Shown: piece by piece, positions 9,569 to 18,205 of the stretch
Layout: the number at the start of each line of letters is the position of its first letter
Numbering within the stretch: the stretch's first letter is position 1
Source: Actinomycetes bacterium
GTDB taxonomy: Bacteria; Actinomycetota; Acidimicrobiia; Acidimicrobiales; Ilumatobacteraceae
Length of the DNA: 64,000 nt
Assembly: GCA_031371195.1 (NCBI GenBank)
Contig: JANMJD010000090.1
Span: forward strand, 134-64,133
Direction of reading: 5' to 3'
Program-made: the position numbers and the translations under genes
The notes under the pieces: generated by a model
What the model saw: only the letters and a program-made list of their open reading frames with translations
What the model was told of the DNA's origin: nothing
The model's database searches: none

Positions 9569-10618
9569 TCAGGTCGGCAGGTCGATGAGCACCTTGGTCT
9601 TCCGCCCGGCCAGGAGGGGCGCAATGCCATCGGTGAGGATGTCGGCGAGGGCGATGTGCTCCACCCAGCCGTCCGTCGGATAGGCGCCGCCCGCCATCAG
9701 GTCGATCGTCGCGGCGAAGTCGCCCGGCTCGAAGGCGAGCGATCCGGTGATCGTGATCTCGGTGTGTTGCAGCAGGTGAGCGGACATTTCCAACGGATGC
9801 GCCGACGAGCCGGCGACGATGACGGCCCGCCCCCGGGCCCGCAACGATGCCAGCGTGGCACCATAGGTCGCGCCGCGGCCGGCACAGTCGAAGGCGACGT
9901 CGGCGCCGCCCCGCACTGTGCGCGTGGCGAGATGTCCGCTGAGCGCCGACGGGTCGACGGCGGTCGCCCCGAACTGCTCGATCACCGCCCGGCGCGCCGC
10001 GGACGGTTCGGCCACGACGATGTCGCCGACCCCTCGGGCGCGCAGGTTGAGGACCACCCCGATCCCGATCGGGCCGGCCCCGACGACCACCGCCAACTCA
10101 CCCGGTTGCACGTCGCCGCGGCCGACGGCGTGGTAGCTGACAGCCATCGGCTCGACGAGCGCTCCCTGCACCATCGTCAACGTGGGGGGCAGATGATGAA
10201 CCATGCCGGCCGGTACGCATGTTCGCTGCGAGAGGCCGCCGCCGGACGAGACGACCCCGTGGAAGGTGAGGATCTGGCACAGGTGGGTATGGCCGGTCCG
10301 GCAAGGCGGACAGACCCCACAGTGGTAGTCGGGTTGCACGCATACCCGGTCGCCGACGGCGAAGCCGCCAGCGCCATCCCCGAGGGCGGTGATCACACCG
10401 GAGAACTCGTGACCGAGGATCTGCGGACCGGAGTGGCGGGTGAGCGGGTGCGGGGCGTCGCCCACCCCGGAGCGCAGACCCATCTCGAACAACTTCAGGT
10501 CCGACCCGCAGATGCCGTTGTGGGCCACGGCGATCAGTACCTCGCCCGGCCCCGGCGTCGGGTCGGGGACCTCCTCGAGGCGGAGATCGCGGATATCATG
10601 AAGCACAGCGGCGAGCAT
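9569..10618 (-). CDS. zinc-dependent medium-chain alcohol/polyol dehydrogenase (butanediol/sorbitol dehydrogenase-like)
   Basis: Catalytic C38-type ICGSDL, GHEFSG, structural zinc CGVCPPCRTGHTHLC, and Rossmann VVGAGPIGIG. Confidence 0.85.
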   Translation of the reverse strand: MLAAVLHDIRDLRLEEVPDPTPGPGEVLIAVAHNGICGSDLKLFEMGLRSGVGDAPHPLTRHSGPQILGHEFSGVITALGDGAGGFAVGDRVCVQPDYHCGVCPPCRTGHTHLCQILTFHGVVSSGGGLSQRTCVPAGMVHHLPPTLTMVQGALVEPMAVSYHAVGRGDVQPGELAVVVGAGPIGIGVVLNLRARGVGDIVVAEPSAARRAVIEQFGATAVDPSALSGHLATRTVRGGADVAFDCAGRGATYGATLASLRARGRAVIVAGSSAHPLEMSAHLLQHTEITITGSLAFEPGDFAATIDLMAGGAYPTDGWVEHIALADILTDGIAPLLAGRKTKVLIDLPT

Positions 10619-10682
10619 GCCCCGATTCTCACACCCGCCGCCCGCGGGCGGTCAACGAACGGCGTGAGCGCCGGCCGCCCCT

Positions 10683-11855
10683 CTACAGCGACAGAGTCTT
10701 GAGGCGGGCCGCGGCGTCGTCAATGACCTCGTGACGTTTGCAGAAGGCGAAGCGGACCAGATGGCGGCCCTCGGCGCGGTTCTCGTAGAACACGACGTTC
10801 GGAATCGCCACGACACCGCAACGCTCGGGCAGCGAGCGACAGAATGCGTACCCGTCGCCGTCGGGCTGCACGCCGCGGATATCGACGGTGATGAAGTACG
10901 TCCCCGAGGGCTTGAACGCGTGGAAGCCGGCGGCGTCGAGTCCGGCCATCAGCTTGTCGCGCTTGGCCGCCAAATCATCGGCGAGCCCCCGGTAGTAGTC
11001 GTCCCCGAGGCGCAGTCCGACCGCCATGGCCGGCTGGAACGGGCCCGACGAGACGTAGGTGAGGAACTGCTTGGCGGTGCGGGCCGCAGTCACCAAAGCC
11101 GGCGGCCCGCAGATCCACCCGACCTTCCAGCCGGTGGTGTTGAAGGTCTTGCCACCCGACGAGATGACCAGCGTGCGATCACGCATCCCGTCGTAGGTCG
11201 CCAGCGAGATGTGGGCCAGGCCATCGAAGATCAGGTGCTCGTACACCTCGTCGGTGACCACGATCAGGTCGTGTTCGATCGCCATCGCTGCGATTGCCGC
11301 CGCCTCATCGGAGGTGAGCACCTTGCCGGTCGGGTTGTGCGGGGTATTGAGCAGGATCAACTTCGTCTTGGGGGTGATTGCAGCCCGCATCGCGTCGAGG
11401 TCGATGTCGTAGGTCGGCGGACGCAGTGTGACGAACTTCGGCGTAGCCCCGGCGAGCGCGATGCAGGCCTGATAGCTGTCGTACGTCGGCTCCAGCACGA
11501 CCACCTCGTCGCCGGTATCGCACAGGCCCAGCAGCACGGATGCCAACGCCTCGGTCGCCCCGGCGGTGACGAGCACCTCGGAGTCGGGGTCGTACGACAA
11601 CCCGTAGAACCGTTGCTGGTGCTCGGCGATCGCCTGGCGCAGCACGGGCATCCCCGGTCCCGGCGGGTACTGGTTCAAACCGCCGTTGATCGCCGCAATC
11701 GCCGCGTCGAGCACCTCGCGGGGACCCTCGTAGTCGGGAAACCCCTGCCCCAGGTTGACCGACCCGGTGGCAACGGCGAGCGCCGACATCTCGGCGAAGA
11801 TCGTGGTGCCAAATCCTTGCAGCTTGGCGGTGAGGAACGGAACGCGTGAGGCCAT
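10683..11855 (-). CDS. class I/II pyridoxal-phosphate aminotransferase
   Basis: ATG at 11855 (MASRVPFLTAKLQGFGTTIF). LNTPHNPTGKV and SSGGKTFNTTGWKVGW (PLP lysine block). The ORF extension to 12305 is antisense to the neighbouring gene and is rejected. Confidence 0.85.
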   Translation of the reverse strand: MASRVPFLTAKLQGFGTTIFAEMSALAVATGSVNLGQGFPDYEGPREVLDAAIAAINGGLNQYPPGPGMPVLRQAIAEHQQRFYGLSYDPDSEVLVTAGATEALASVLLGLCDTGDEVVVLEPTYDSYQACIALAGATPKFVTLRPPTYDIDLDAMRAAITPKTKLILLNTPHNPTGKVLTSDEAAAIAAMAIEHDLIVVTDEVYEHLIFDGLAHISLATYDGMRDRTLVISSGGKTFNTTGWKVGWICGPPALVTAARTAKQFLTYVSSGPFQPAMAVGLRLGDDYYRGLADDLAAKRDKLMAGLDAAGFHAFKPSGTYFITVDIRGVQPDGDGYAFCRSLPERCGVVAIPNVVFYENRAEGRHLVRFAFCKRHEVIDDAAARLKTLSL

Positions 11856-11931
11856 CGTTGGCCAGCGTAGGCGGCAACCGCGTCCCACGCCTGCCCGATG
11901 AATCCGCCCTCGTCGGCCACCCGCTGCCAGG

Positions 11932-12417
11932 ATGGTCGGCGTGCACCAAGAGCAACGGACCAGCGCGGGACGCACCAGTGCGGGACGGGCCAGTGCAGGA
12001 CGGATCCAGGCGAGGCTAGGCATCGTCTTCCTGATGCTGGCCGGCGGGCTGACAGGAGGGCTGATCGGTTGTGGTGGTGGCAACTCGGCACCGACGACAA
12101 CGATCAACCAGGGCTTCCCGACCGTTCCCTCGGCGCCGGTGGTCAAGATCACCGCCACCAACTTCAAGTTCTCGATCTCGGCCCTGCGCGCCAGGCCGGG
12201 GGAGGATCTGACGATCGCCCTCACATCAGAGCAGGACACCCACGACTTCGTGGTCGACGACGGCAAGCTCCCGGTGCGGGTCGCCATCGCCAGCGAAGGT
12301 GTCACCGCCGTCGGCGGCCTGGTCGCTCCACAGACGCCCGGTACGTACGCGATCTACTGCAGCCTGCTCGGGCACCGGGGCGAAGGCATGCAAGCGCAAT
12401 TGATCGTCGCCGAGTGA
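11932..12417 (+). CDS. cupredoxin-like (type 1 copper) lipoprotein
   Basis: Lipobox LIGC after a hydrophobic stretch. Candidate copper ligands are H in DTHDF and C-x4-H-x4-M in YCSLLGHRGEGM. The N-region carries three 15-bp in-frame repeats (TSAGR/TSAGR/ASAGR, 11952-11999). Confidence 0.65.
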   Translation: MVGVHQEQRTSAGRTSAGRASAGRIQARLGIVFLMLAGGLTGGLIGCGGGNSAPTTTINQGFPTVPSAPVVKITATNFKFSISALRARPGEDLTIALTSEQDTHDFVVDDGKLPVRVAIASEGVTAVGGLVAPQTPGTYAIYCSLLGHRGEGMQAQLIVAE

Positions 12418-12429
12418 ACGGCGTACGAG

Positions 12430-12446
12430 TCAGCCGCCCGGGCTGA
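12430..12446. terminator. hairpin between convergent genes
   Basis: TCAGCC-gcccg-GGCTGA lies between the stops at 12417 (+) and 12467 (-). There is no U-tract. Confidence 0.35.
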
Positions 12447-12466
12447 GCCGACCTGGGCGTCGCTAC

Positions 12467-12994
12467 TCAGCCGACGGTGGTCGGTGCGACCGGATCGGCG
12501 ACGGCACCGGCAAACGTGAGGACGAGCACGCGGCCGTCCTTCAGCGAGGTCGCCACGTCCTGGGCGAACTGCAGTTGCGTCACATCGAGCACGCGGCCCT
12601 CACAGTCGACGAAGTCCCGGGTCTTGGGAGTCTGGGTCGCCGGGCACGTCTCACCCTTGCGATCGAAGGGGAACGGCCGGTACACGATCCATCCCTCGGC
12701 ATCGTTGGTGCCCTGATGGTCGACGACCACCGATCGGCCGCCGCGGGGGTCCTTCAGATCGGGATACAGCTGCGGGCCGTTCTTGGCCACGGAGTCGGCC
12801 AGTTTGTCGATCCGCGAGATTTCGAACGTCGGGTCGCCCAGTTGCACATTGGAGCCCGAATCGGCCAGCCAGGCGGCCGCCCCCCACAGCACCAGTGCGA
12901 GCACACCGAAGAAGGCGATCCCGGCGATCACCGGCGCAACCGCGCGGGCGACGGGCGAGCGGAGTTCGGGCAGACGAGGCGCGGTCCGCGGCAT
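12467..12994 (-). CDS. membrane-anchored hypothetical protein
   Basis: ATG at 12994 (alternative at 13015). One TM helix, VAPVIAGIAFFGVLALVLWGAAAWL, then a soluble domain with two Cys. No family recognised. The ORF extension to 13651 is antisense to the mutase subunit and sucC. Confidence 0.6.
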   Translation of the reverse strand: MPRTAPRLPELRSPVARAVAPVIAGIAFFGVLALVLWGAAAWLADSGSNVQLGDPTFEISRIDKLADSVAKNGPQLYPDLKDPRGGRSVVVDHQGTNDAEGWIVYRPFPFDRKGETCPATQTPKTRDFVDCEGRVLDVTQLQFAQDVATSLKDGRVLVLTFAGAVADPVAPTTVG

Positions 12995-13132
12995 CCCTCC
13001 AGTCAACCACCCCATTCGTTCAATCCCCTGGGGTTCACCGCCGAGCATGACCCGCGCCCGGTCACCATCGGCGCCGGACGGGAGGTCGGTCGGTTGGGTC
13101 GACGTCGGCCCGCACGCGTAGGGTCGTGAGCT

Positions 13133-13537
13133 GTGAAACGGCCGTATCGCGTGGTGGTGGCAAAGCCCGGGCTCGACGGGCACGATCGAGGCGCCAAAAC
13201 GATCACCCGCGCCCTGCGCGACCACGGGTTCGAGGTCATCTACACCGGCCTGCACCAGTCCCCGGAACAGATCGCCGAGACCGCCCTGCAGGAAGATGTC
13301 GACGCAGTGGGGCTGTCGCTGCTGTCCGGGGCGCACACCACGCTCTTCCCGCGGGTGATGACCGAACTCCAGTCCCGCGATCTGGGTGAGATGCTGGTGT
13401 TCGGCGGCGGAGTGATTCCCGATGCCGACGCGAGAGCGCTCAAGGAGCAGGGTTGGGCCGAGATCTTCGGTCCCGGGTCGTCGCTCAAGGGCATTTGCGC
13501 ATGGCTCGAAACCACCTTGGACGACCGAGAAATCTGA
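13133..13537 (+). CDS. cobalamin-binding domain protein (methylmalonyl-CoA mutase small/C-terminal subunit type)
   Basis: GTG start. VVVAKPGLDGHDRGAKTI contains the DxHxxG B12 lower-ligand motif. GLSLLSGAH and GGGVIP blocks. 134 aa. Confidence 0.9.
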   Translation: MKRPYRVVVAKPGLDGHDRGAKTITRALRDHGFEVIYTGLHQSPEQIAETALQEDVDAVGLSLLSGAHTTLFPRVMTELQSRDLGEMLVFGGGVIPDADARALKEQGWAEIFGPGSSLKGICAWLETTLDDREI

Positions 13538-13572
13538 ACTTCTCCATACCGGAGACCGACGCGGAGGAACAC

Positions 13573-14730
13573 GTGGATCTGTTCGAATACCAGGGCAAGC
13601 AGTATTTTGCCCGCTACGGCATCGCCGTCTCTCCCGGCGGCGTCGCCACAACTGTCGACGAGGCCGTCACCCAGGCCGAGGCCGCCGGGTACCCGGTCGT
13701 GATCAAGGCGCAGGTGCAGGTGGGCGGCCGCGGCAAGGCCGGCGGCATCAAGCTCGCCGACAACGCCGACGAGGTCCGTCTGCACGCCGGCAACATCATC
13801 GGGATGGACATCAAGGGCCACGTCGTCAAGGTCGTCTGGGTTGAGCATGCGTCCGACATCACCGAGGAGTACTACGCCTCGTTCACGCTCGACCGCTCCG
13901 CCAAGCAGCACATGCTGATGCTGTCGGCCGAGGGTGGCGTCGAGATCGAGACCGTCGCCGTCGCCAACCCCGACGCGATCATCATCCGCCACATCGACCC
14001 GACGATCGGCTTCTCGCTCGACGCCTCACGCGAGGCGTGCCTGGCCGCCAAGCTCAACCCGATCGCCATCGAGGGGGCAGCCGAGATATTGGTCAAGCTG
14101 TACGACTGTTTCGTGGCCGGCGACTGCGATCTCGCCGAGATCAACCCGCTGATCTTGCGACCCGACAACGGTGTGCACGCCCTCGATGCCAAGGTCTCGC
14201 TCGACAACAACGCCGCCTTCCGCCACCCCGAATGGGACGAATACCGGGCGATGGAGGAACTCGACGAGCGCGAGCAACTGGCCCGCACCCACGATCTGCA
14301 GTACATCGGCCTCGACGGCGACGTGGGCATCATCGCCAACGGCGCCGGCCTGGCGATGTCGACGCTCGACGTCGTCAACCAGGTCGGCGGCTCGGCTGCC
14401 AACTTCCTCGACATCGGCGGCGGCGCCAATGCCGACGTGATGACCGCCGCGCTCGAAGTGATCAACTTCGACCAGAACGTCAAGTCGATCTTCATCAACA
14501 TCTTCGGCGGCATCACCCGCGGCGAAGAAGTAGCCAAGGGCATCGTTGCCGCCCTCGGCCGCGTCGACCTGCGAGCCCCGATCGTGATCCGACTCGATGG
14601 AACGAACGCCGAGGAGGGCCGCCAGATCCTGCTCGACGCCGGCATCCCCGCCTCCAAACTCCGGTCGGAACCGACCATGCTCGACGCGGCGCGCGCCGCC
14701 GTCGCCCTTGCCTCCGGGAAGGCGGCCTGA
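13573..14730 (+). CDS. sucC: succinate--CoA ligase (ADP-forming) beta subunit
   Basis: GTG at 13573, 4 nt after GGAGGA. DLFEYQGKQYFARYGI start and an ATP-grasp region. ANFLDIGGGA and the INIFGGITR block. Confidence 0.95.
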   Translation: MDLFEYQGKQYFARYGIAVSPGGVATTVDEAVTQAEAAGYPVVIKAQVQVGGRGKAGGIKLADNADEVRLHAGNIIGMDIKGHVVKVVWVEHASDITEEYYASFTLDRSAKQHMLMLSAEGGVEIETVAVANPDAIIIRHIDPTIGFSLDASREACLAAKLNPIAIEGAAEILVKLYDCFVAGDCDLAEINPLILRPDNGVHALDAKVSLDNNAAFRHPEWDEYRAMEELDEREQLARTHDLQYIGLDGDVGIIANGAGLAMSTLDVVNQVGGSAANFLDIGGGANADVMTAALEVINFDQNVKSIFINIFGGITRGEEVAKGIVAALGRVDLRAPIVIRLDGTNAEEGRQILLDAGIPASKLRSEPTMLDAARAAVALASGKAA

Positions 14731-14732
14731 TC

Positions 14733-15635
14733 ATGGCGATCTTCGTCAACAAGGACACCAAGGTCATCGTTCAGGGCTTGACCGGCGGCCAGGGCAAGTA
14801 CCACGGCCTGCGCAACAAGGCGTACGGCACCCAGATCGTCGGCGGTGTGACCCCCGGTAAGGGCGGCACGGATGTCGAGGGAATCCCGGTGTTCAACACC
14901 GTCGCCGAAGCTGTCGCCGCCACCGGTGCCGACGCGTCGTTCATCGCCGTTCCCCCAAAGGCCGCGTCGTCGGCCATCCTCGAAGCCGCGGCGGCGGGCA
15001 TCCGCTTCGTGGTCTGCATCACCGAGGGCATCCCTGCGCAAGATGAGGCCAAGGTCTACAACACGCTCGTTCGTGAGTATCCCGGCACCCGGCTGCTCGG
15101 CCCGAACTGTCCGGGAATCATCAGCCCGGGGCAGTGCAACATCGGGATCACCGCCGGCGAAATCGCTCAACTCCCCACGGCTGACGGACCCAACGTCGGC
15201 ATCGTGTCGCGCTCGGGCACGCTTACCTACCAGGCGTTGTACGAGCTGAAGCAGAAGGGCATCGGCGTGTCGACCTGCGTGGGCATCGGCGGCGACCCGG
15301 TACCGGGCACCAACTTCATCGACTGCCTGGCCGAATTCCAGGCCGACCCCGACACCCACGCGATCATCATGATCGGCGAGATCGGCGGCACGGCCGAGGA
15401 GGAGGCCGCCGAGTACATCCGCAATCACGTGACCAAGCCGATGTCGGCCTATATCGCCGGCGTCACCGCCCCGGCCGGCAAGAAGATGGGCCACGCCGGT
15501 GCCATCGTCTCGGGCGGCAAGGGCACGGCACAGGGCAAGATGGATGCGCTTGCCGCCGCCGCCGGAGTACGGGTAGGCCTCAACCCGACCGAGGCCGGTG
15601 AGCTGATGGCCGAGATCGTCGCCGGCCTGCGATAA
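14733..15635 (+). CDS. sucD: succinate--CoA ligase alpha subunit
   Basis: ATG 2 nt after the sucC stop. [29 protein letters not shown], and [14 protein letters not shown] (phosphohistidine loop). Confidence 0.95.
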   Translation: MAIFVNKDTKVIVQGLTGGQGKYHGLRNKAYGTQIVGGVTPGKGGTDVEGIPVFNTVAEAVAATGADASFIAVPPKAASSAILEAAAAGIRFVVCITEGIPAQDEAKVYNTLVREYPGTRLLGPNCPGIISPGQCNIGITAGEIAQLPTADGPNVGIVSRSGTLTYQALYELKQKGIGVSTCVGIGGDPVPGTNFIDCLAEFQADPDTHAIIMIGEIGGTAEEEAAEYIRNHVTKPMSAYIAGVTAPAGKKMGHAGAIVSGGKGTAQGKMDALAAAAGVRVGLNPTEAGELMAEIVAGLR

Positions 15636-15641
15636 CCCTCA

Positions 15642-15713
15642 GCGCTCCCAGGTATTGCCTGCCAGACGCGTCGACGGCGGATGAATCGGTAGAGATTGGA
15701 TAGCCGGGAGCGC
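15642..15713. repeat. stem-loop repeat element, copy A (downstream of sucD, upstream of the DUF559 gene)
   Basis: GCGCTCCC (15642-15649) pairs perfectly with GGGAGCGC (15706-15713). Shares the colinear blocks CTCCCAG-TATT, CAGACG and ATAGCCGGGAGCG with copy B. Confidence 0.6.
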
Positions 15714-15753
15714 CGGCTTACCGTATTGGGCACCCGTCGGCACACATTCGGGG

Positions 15754-16488
15754 ATGCCCATCGAACGGATACGCGATGTCGTCGCCGATGTCGGGTGCGG
15801 TGCGGTGGCGTCCCACCGATCAGCGGCATTCCTGTGGGGTCTGATCCCCGAACGCGACACCATCGATGTCGTTGTCTCGCGCGCCCATCGGCCTCGTCCA
15901 CGACCGGGCGTGGTCATCCACCGGGCCACCACGCTCGGCGAATTCGAGATCAGCAGCCGCAACGGGGTGCGGTGCACCAATCCGCTGCGAACGCTGGCCG
16001 ACCTGGGCGCGGTCGAACCTGCAGTCGTCCAAGCGGCGTTGACACATGCCGCTGTGTCCCGCTTGGTCATCCCATCTGCTGCGGCCGCGGCGTTGGATCG
16101 ATTGTCGGTTCGAGGTCGGCCGGGGCTCGGGCCGCTGAGAGCGGCGATAGATGACTGGCCGACCATGGTCAACGAGCCGGACAGCGAACTCGAGGTGATC
16201 ATCGGTCGCCTCCTTCGAGACGCCAACCTCCGCGGGTTCGAATTCCACCCGTTCATCGAGGGATTCGAGGTGGACTTTGCCCACCGGACCCGGCGGATCG
16301 TGCTCGAAGGTGACGGCTTCGAGTTCCACTCCAGCCGGGCCGCTTTCGAGAACGACCGGCTGCGCGACGCAACGCTTGCCTCGACCGGTTGGCTCGTGGT
16401 GAGGGTGACGTGGTGGCATGTTGCCGAACACCCGGGCGAGGTCGTCGACCGTTTGCGCGGCACCCTGTGGCACCGTGAGGCCGAGTAG
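15754..16488 (+). CDS. DUF559 / Vsr-like endonuclease-domain protein
   Basis: C-terminal block VDFAHRTRRIVLEGDGFEFHSSRAAFENDRLRDATLASTGWLVVRVTW matches the DUF559 pattern (D..iE.DG..H....D..R...L...GW.v.R). Confidence 0.8.
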   Translation: MPIERIRDVVADVGCGAVASHRSAAFLWGLIPERDTIDVVVSRAHRPRPRPGVVIHRATTLGEFEISSRNGVRCTNPLRTLADLGAVEPAVVQAALTHAAVSRLVIPSAAAAALDRLSVRGRPGLGPLRAAIDDWPTMVNEPDSELEVIIGRLLRDANLRGFEFHPFIEGFEVDFAHRTRRIVLEGDGFEFHSSRAAFENDRLRDATLASTGWLVVRVTWWHVAEHPGEVVDRLRGTLWHREAE

Positions 16489-16489
16489 T

Positions 16490-16555
16490 GCTCCCAGCTA
16501 TTCGTTCCGGGCTCTTCCATCAGGCAGACGTGGCGCGCGGGCAATAGCCGGGAGC
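16490..16555. repeat. stem-loop repeat element, copy B (downstream of the DUF559 gene, upstream of xseA)
   Basis: GCTCCC (16490-16495) pairs with GGGAGC (16550-16555). Exact 13-mer ATAGCCGGGAGCG at 16544-16556 also occurs at 15700-15712. The blocks keep the same order and similar spacing as in copy A. Confidence 0.6.
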
Positions 16556-16588
16556 GGTGGGGCGAGGCACTGTTCGTAGACTGCCGGG

Positions 16589-18001
16589 GTGAGTCAGCCG
16601 AGTTTCGACCTGGAGTTCGATGGCGACGACGGCGGTTTGATCACGTTCACCGTCGGTGAACTGGGCGACGCCATCAACGGAGCGCTGCGCAAAGGCTTTT
16701 TCGAGGGAGTCTGGGTCCGCGGCGAGATCCAGGGGTGGCGGGAAGGTCCCAACGGCCACGCGTACTTCAACCTGGTCGACGACACTGCCGGAGTGAAGGC
16801 GACGATCGCCGTGTCGTTCTTTGCCAACGTGCGGATGAAGCTGCGTCCGATGCTGGTCAAGCACCGCCTGCGCCTCGGGGATGGGATGAAGGTCCGCATC
16901 CACGGCTTCCTCGACTACTACTCGCCCAACGGGCGGCTCGGTCTGAAGATGGGCGGAATCGATCCGCGCTACACCCTCGGCGAGATCGCCCTGGCCAAGG
17001 ACGAACTGGTTCGAAAGCTGGTGGCCGAAGGCCTCTACGACGCCAACCGGAGCCGGACGCTACCTCTCGTACCGTTGCGGATCGGGGTTGTGACCAGCGT
17101 CGGGAGCGCGGCGTGGCACGACTTCAGCCATGAACTCGAGGTGAGCGGCATCGGCTTCCGCCTGGTCGTCGCCGATGTCCGCGTCCAGGGCGAATGGGCG
17201 GTCGGGATGATCGCCGGTGCGATTCGCACGTTGTCGGCTCGCGCCGGTGTCCCCGGCACGGGCGTGCGTCGGGCACTCGATGTGATCGTCGTCGTGCGCG
17301 GGGGCGGAGCCCGCACCGATCTGGCGGCGTTCGATGCCGAAGCCGTCGCCCGGGCGATCGCCGAGGCGCCGGTGCCGGTCCTCACCGGCCTCGGTCACGA
17401 GATCGACCGCTCCGTCGCCGACGAGGTGGCGTTCCGCTCGTTGAAGACTCCCACGGCCTGTGCCGGTGCCCTCATCGAACAGGTTCTCGTCTTCCGCGAG
17501 CGGAGCGAGACGGCGTGGCGGGCGACGGCGCGCATTGCTACAGTACGACTCGACCGCCACGAGCAGCGCCTTGCCGATGTCTCGTTGCGGGTCTCGAACC
17601 GCACCCGATCGGCCGCGGCAATCGCCACGGAGCGCCTCGATCGACACGCCGGGCGGATTCCGGCCATCGCCCGGCAACGGATCGGTGAGCACTCGTCGTG
17701 CCTGGAACGGGCTGCAGGTCGCATGGGCGGCGAGGCGCGTCGCCATCTGGCCGTGGCCGGGATGCGCCTCGATGGCACCGAGGTGCGCATCCGCGACCTC
17801 GACCCGATCACGACGCTCGCCCGAGGATGGACGATCACCCGCCGCGCCGATGGGACGCTGGTGCGGGCGGTCGGCGACGTCGCTCCGGGCGACGAGCTGT
17901 TCACCGTGGTCGCCGACGGGACGATTCGCAGCGGGGTGCGCGGCGCGCCCATCATGTCGCATCCCGGTCCGAGCGACGGATCCGACGACGGAGCATCCTG
18001 A
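16589..18001 (+). CDS. xseA: exodeoxyribonuclease VII large subunit
   Basis: N-terminal OB-fold block FTVGELGDAINGALRKGFFEGVWVRGEIQGW...GHAYFNLVD. Central IGVVTSVGSAAWHDF and VVRGGGA blocks. Translationally coupled to xseB. Confidence 0.9.
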   Translation: MSQPSFDLEFDGDDGGLITFTVGELGDAINGALRKGFFEGVWVRGEIQGWREGPNGHAYFNLVDDTAGVKATIAVSFFANVRMKLRPMLVKHRLRLGDGMKVRIHGFLDYYSPNGRLGLKMGGIDPRYTLGEIALAKDELVRKLVAEGLYDANRSRTLPLVPLRIGVVTSVGSAAWHDFSHELEVSGIGFRLVVADVRVQGEWAVGMIAGAIRTLSARAGVPGTGVRRALDVIVVVRGGGARTDLAAFDAEAVARAIAEAPVPVLTGLGHEIDRSVADEVAFRSLKTPTACAGALIEQVLVFRERSETAWRATARIATVRLDRHEQRLADVSLRVSNRTRSAAAIATERLDRHAGRIPAIARQRIGEHSSCLERAAGRMGGEARRHLAVAGMRLDGTEVRIRDLDPITTLARGWTITRRADGTLVRAVGDVAPGDELFTVVADGTIRSGVRGAPIMSHPGPSDGSDDGAS

Positions 18002-18204
18002 TGAACGACGACGACGATCTGACCTACCCCGCAGCGCTGGGCGAACTGGAGTCGATCCTGGCCGACCTGGAACGTGATTCGGTCGACGTCGACCGATTGG
18101 CCGAGCGGGTCAAACGCGCCTCGCAGCTGATCCGGTTCTGCCGCGCCCGCATCGGCAACGCCCAACTCGAGATCGAGCAGATCGTCAGCGAACTCGACGG
18201 CTGA
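18001..18204 (+). CDS. xseB: exodeoxyribonuclease VII small subunit
   Basis: ATG overlaps the xseA stop (TGATG). 67 aa: LTYPAALGELESILADLERDSVDVDRLAERVKRASQLIRFCRARI. Confidence 0.9.
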   Translation: MNDDDDLTYPAALGELESILADLERDSVDVDRLAERVKRASQLIRFCRARIGNAQLEIEQIVSELDG

Positions 18205-18205
18205 C

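Noticed and set aside
10683-12305. N-terminal extensions of track ORFs: 10683-12305, 12467-13651, 13453-14730, 14037-15635, 25620-26669, 25991-28177, 27820-29334, 32510-33892, 34097-35089, 34423-35736, 37813-39675 and 60431-61555
   Set aside because: The extensions overlap the neighbouring genes and lack homology-like sequence. Internal starts sit right after the upstream stop or have a Shine-Dalgarno sequence, and they give proteins of normal family length.
12995-13132. Cobalamin riboswitch upstream of the B12-binding subunit gene
   Set aside because: No B12-box-like sequence, and the spacer is too short for the known cobalamin aptamers.
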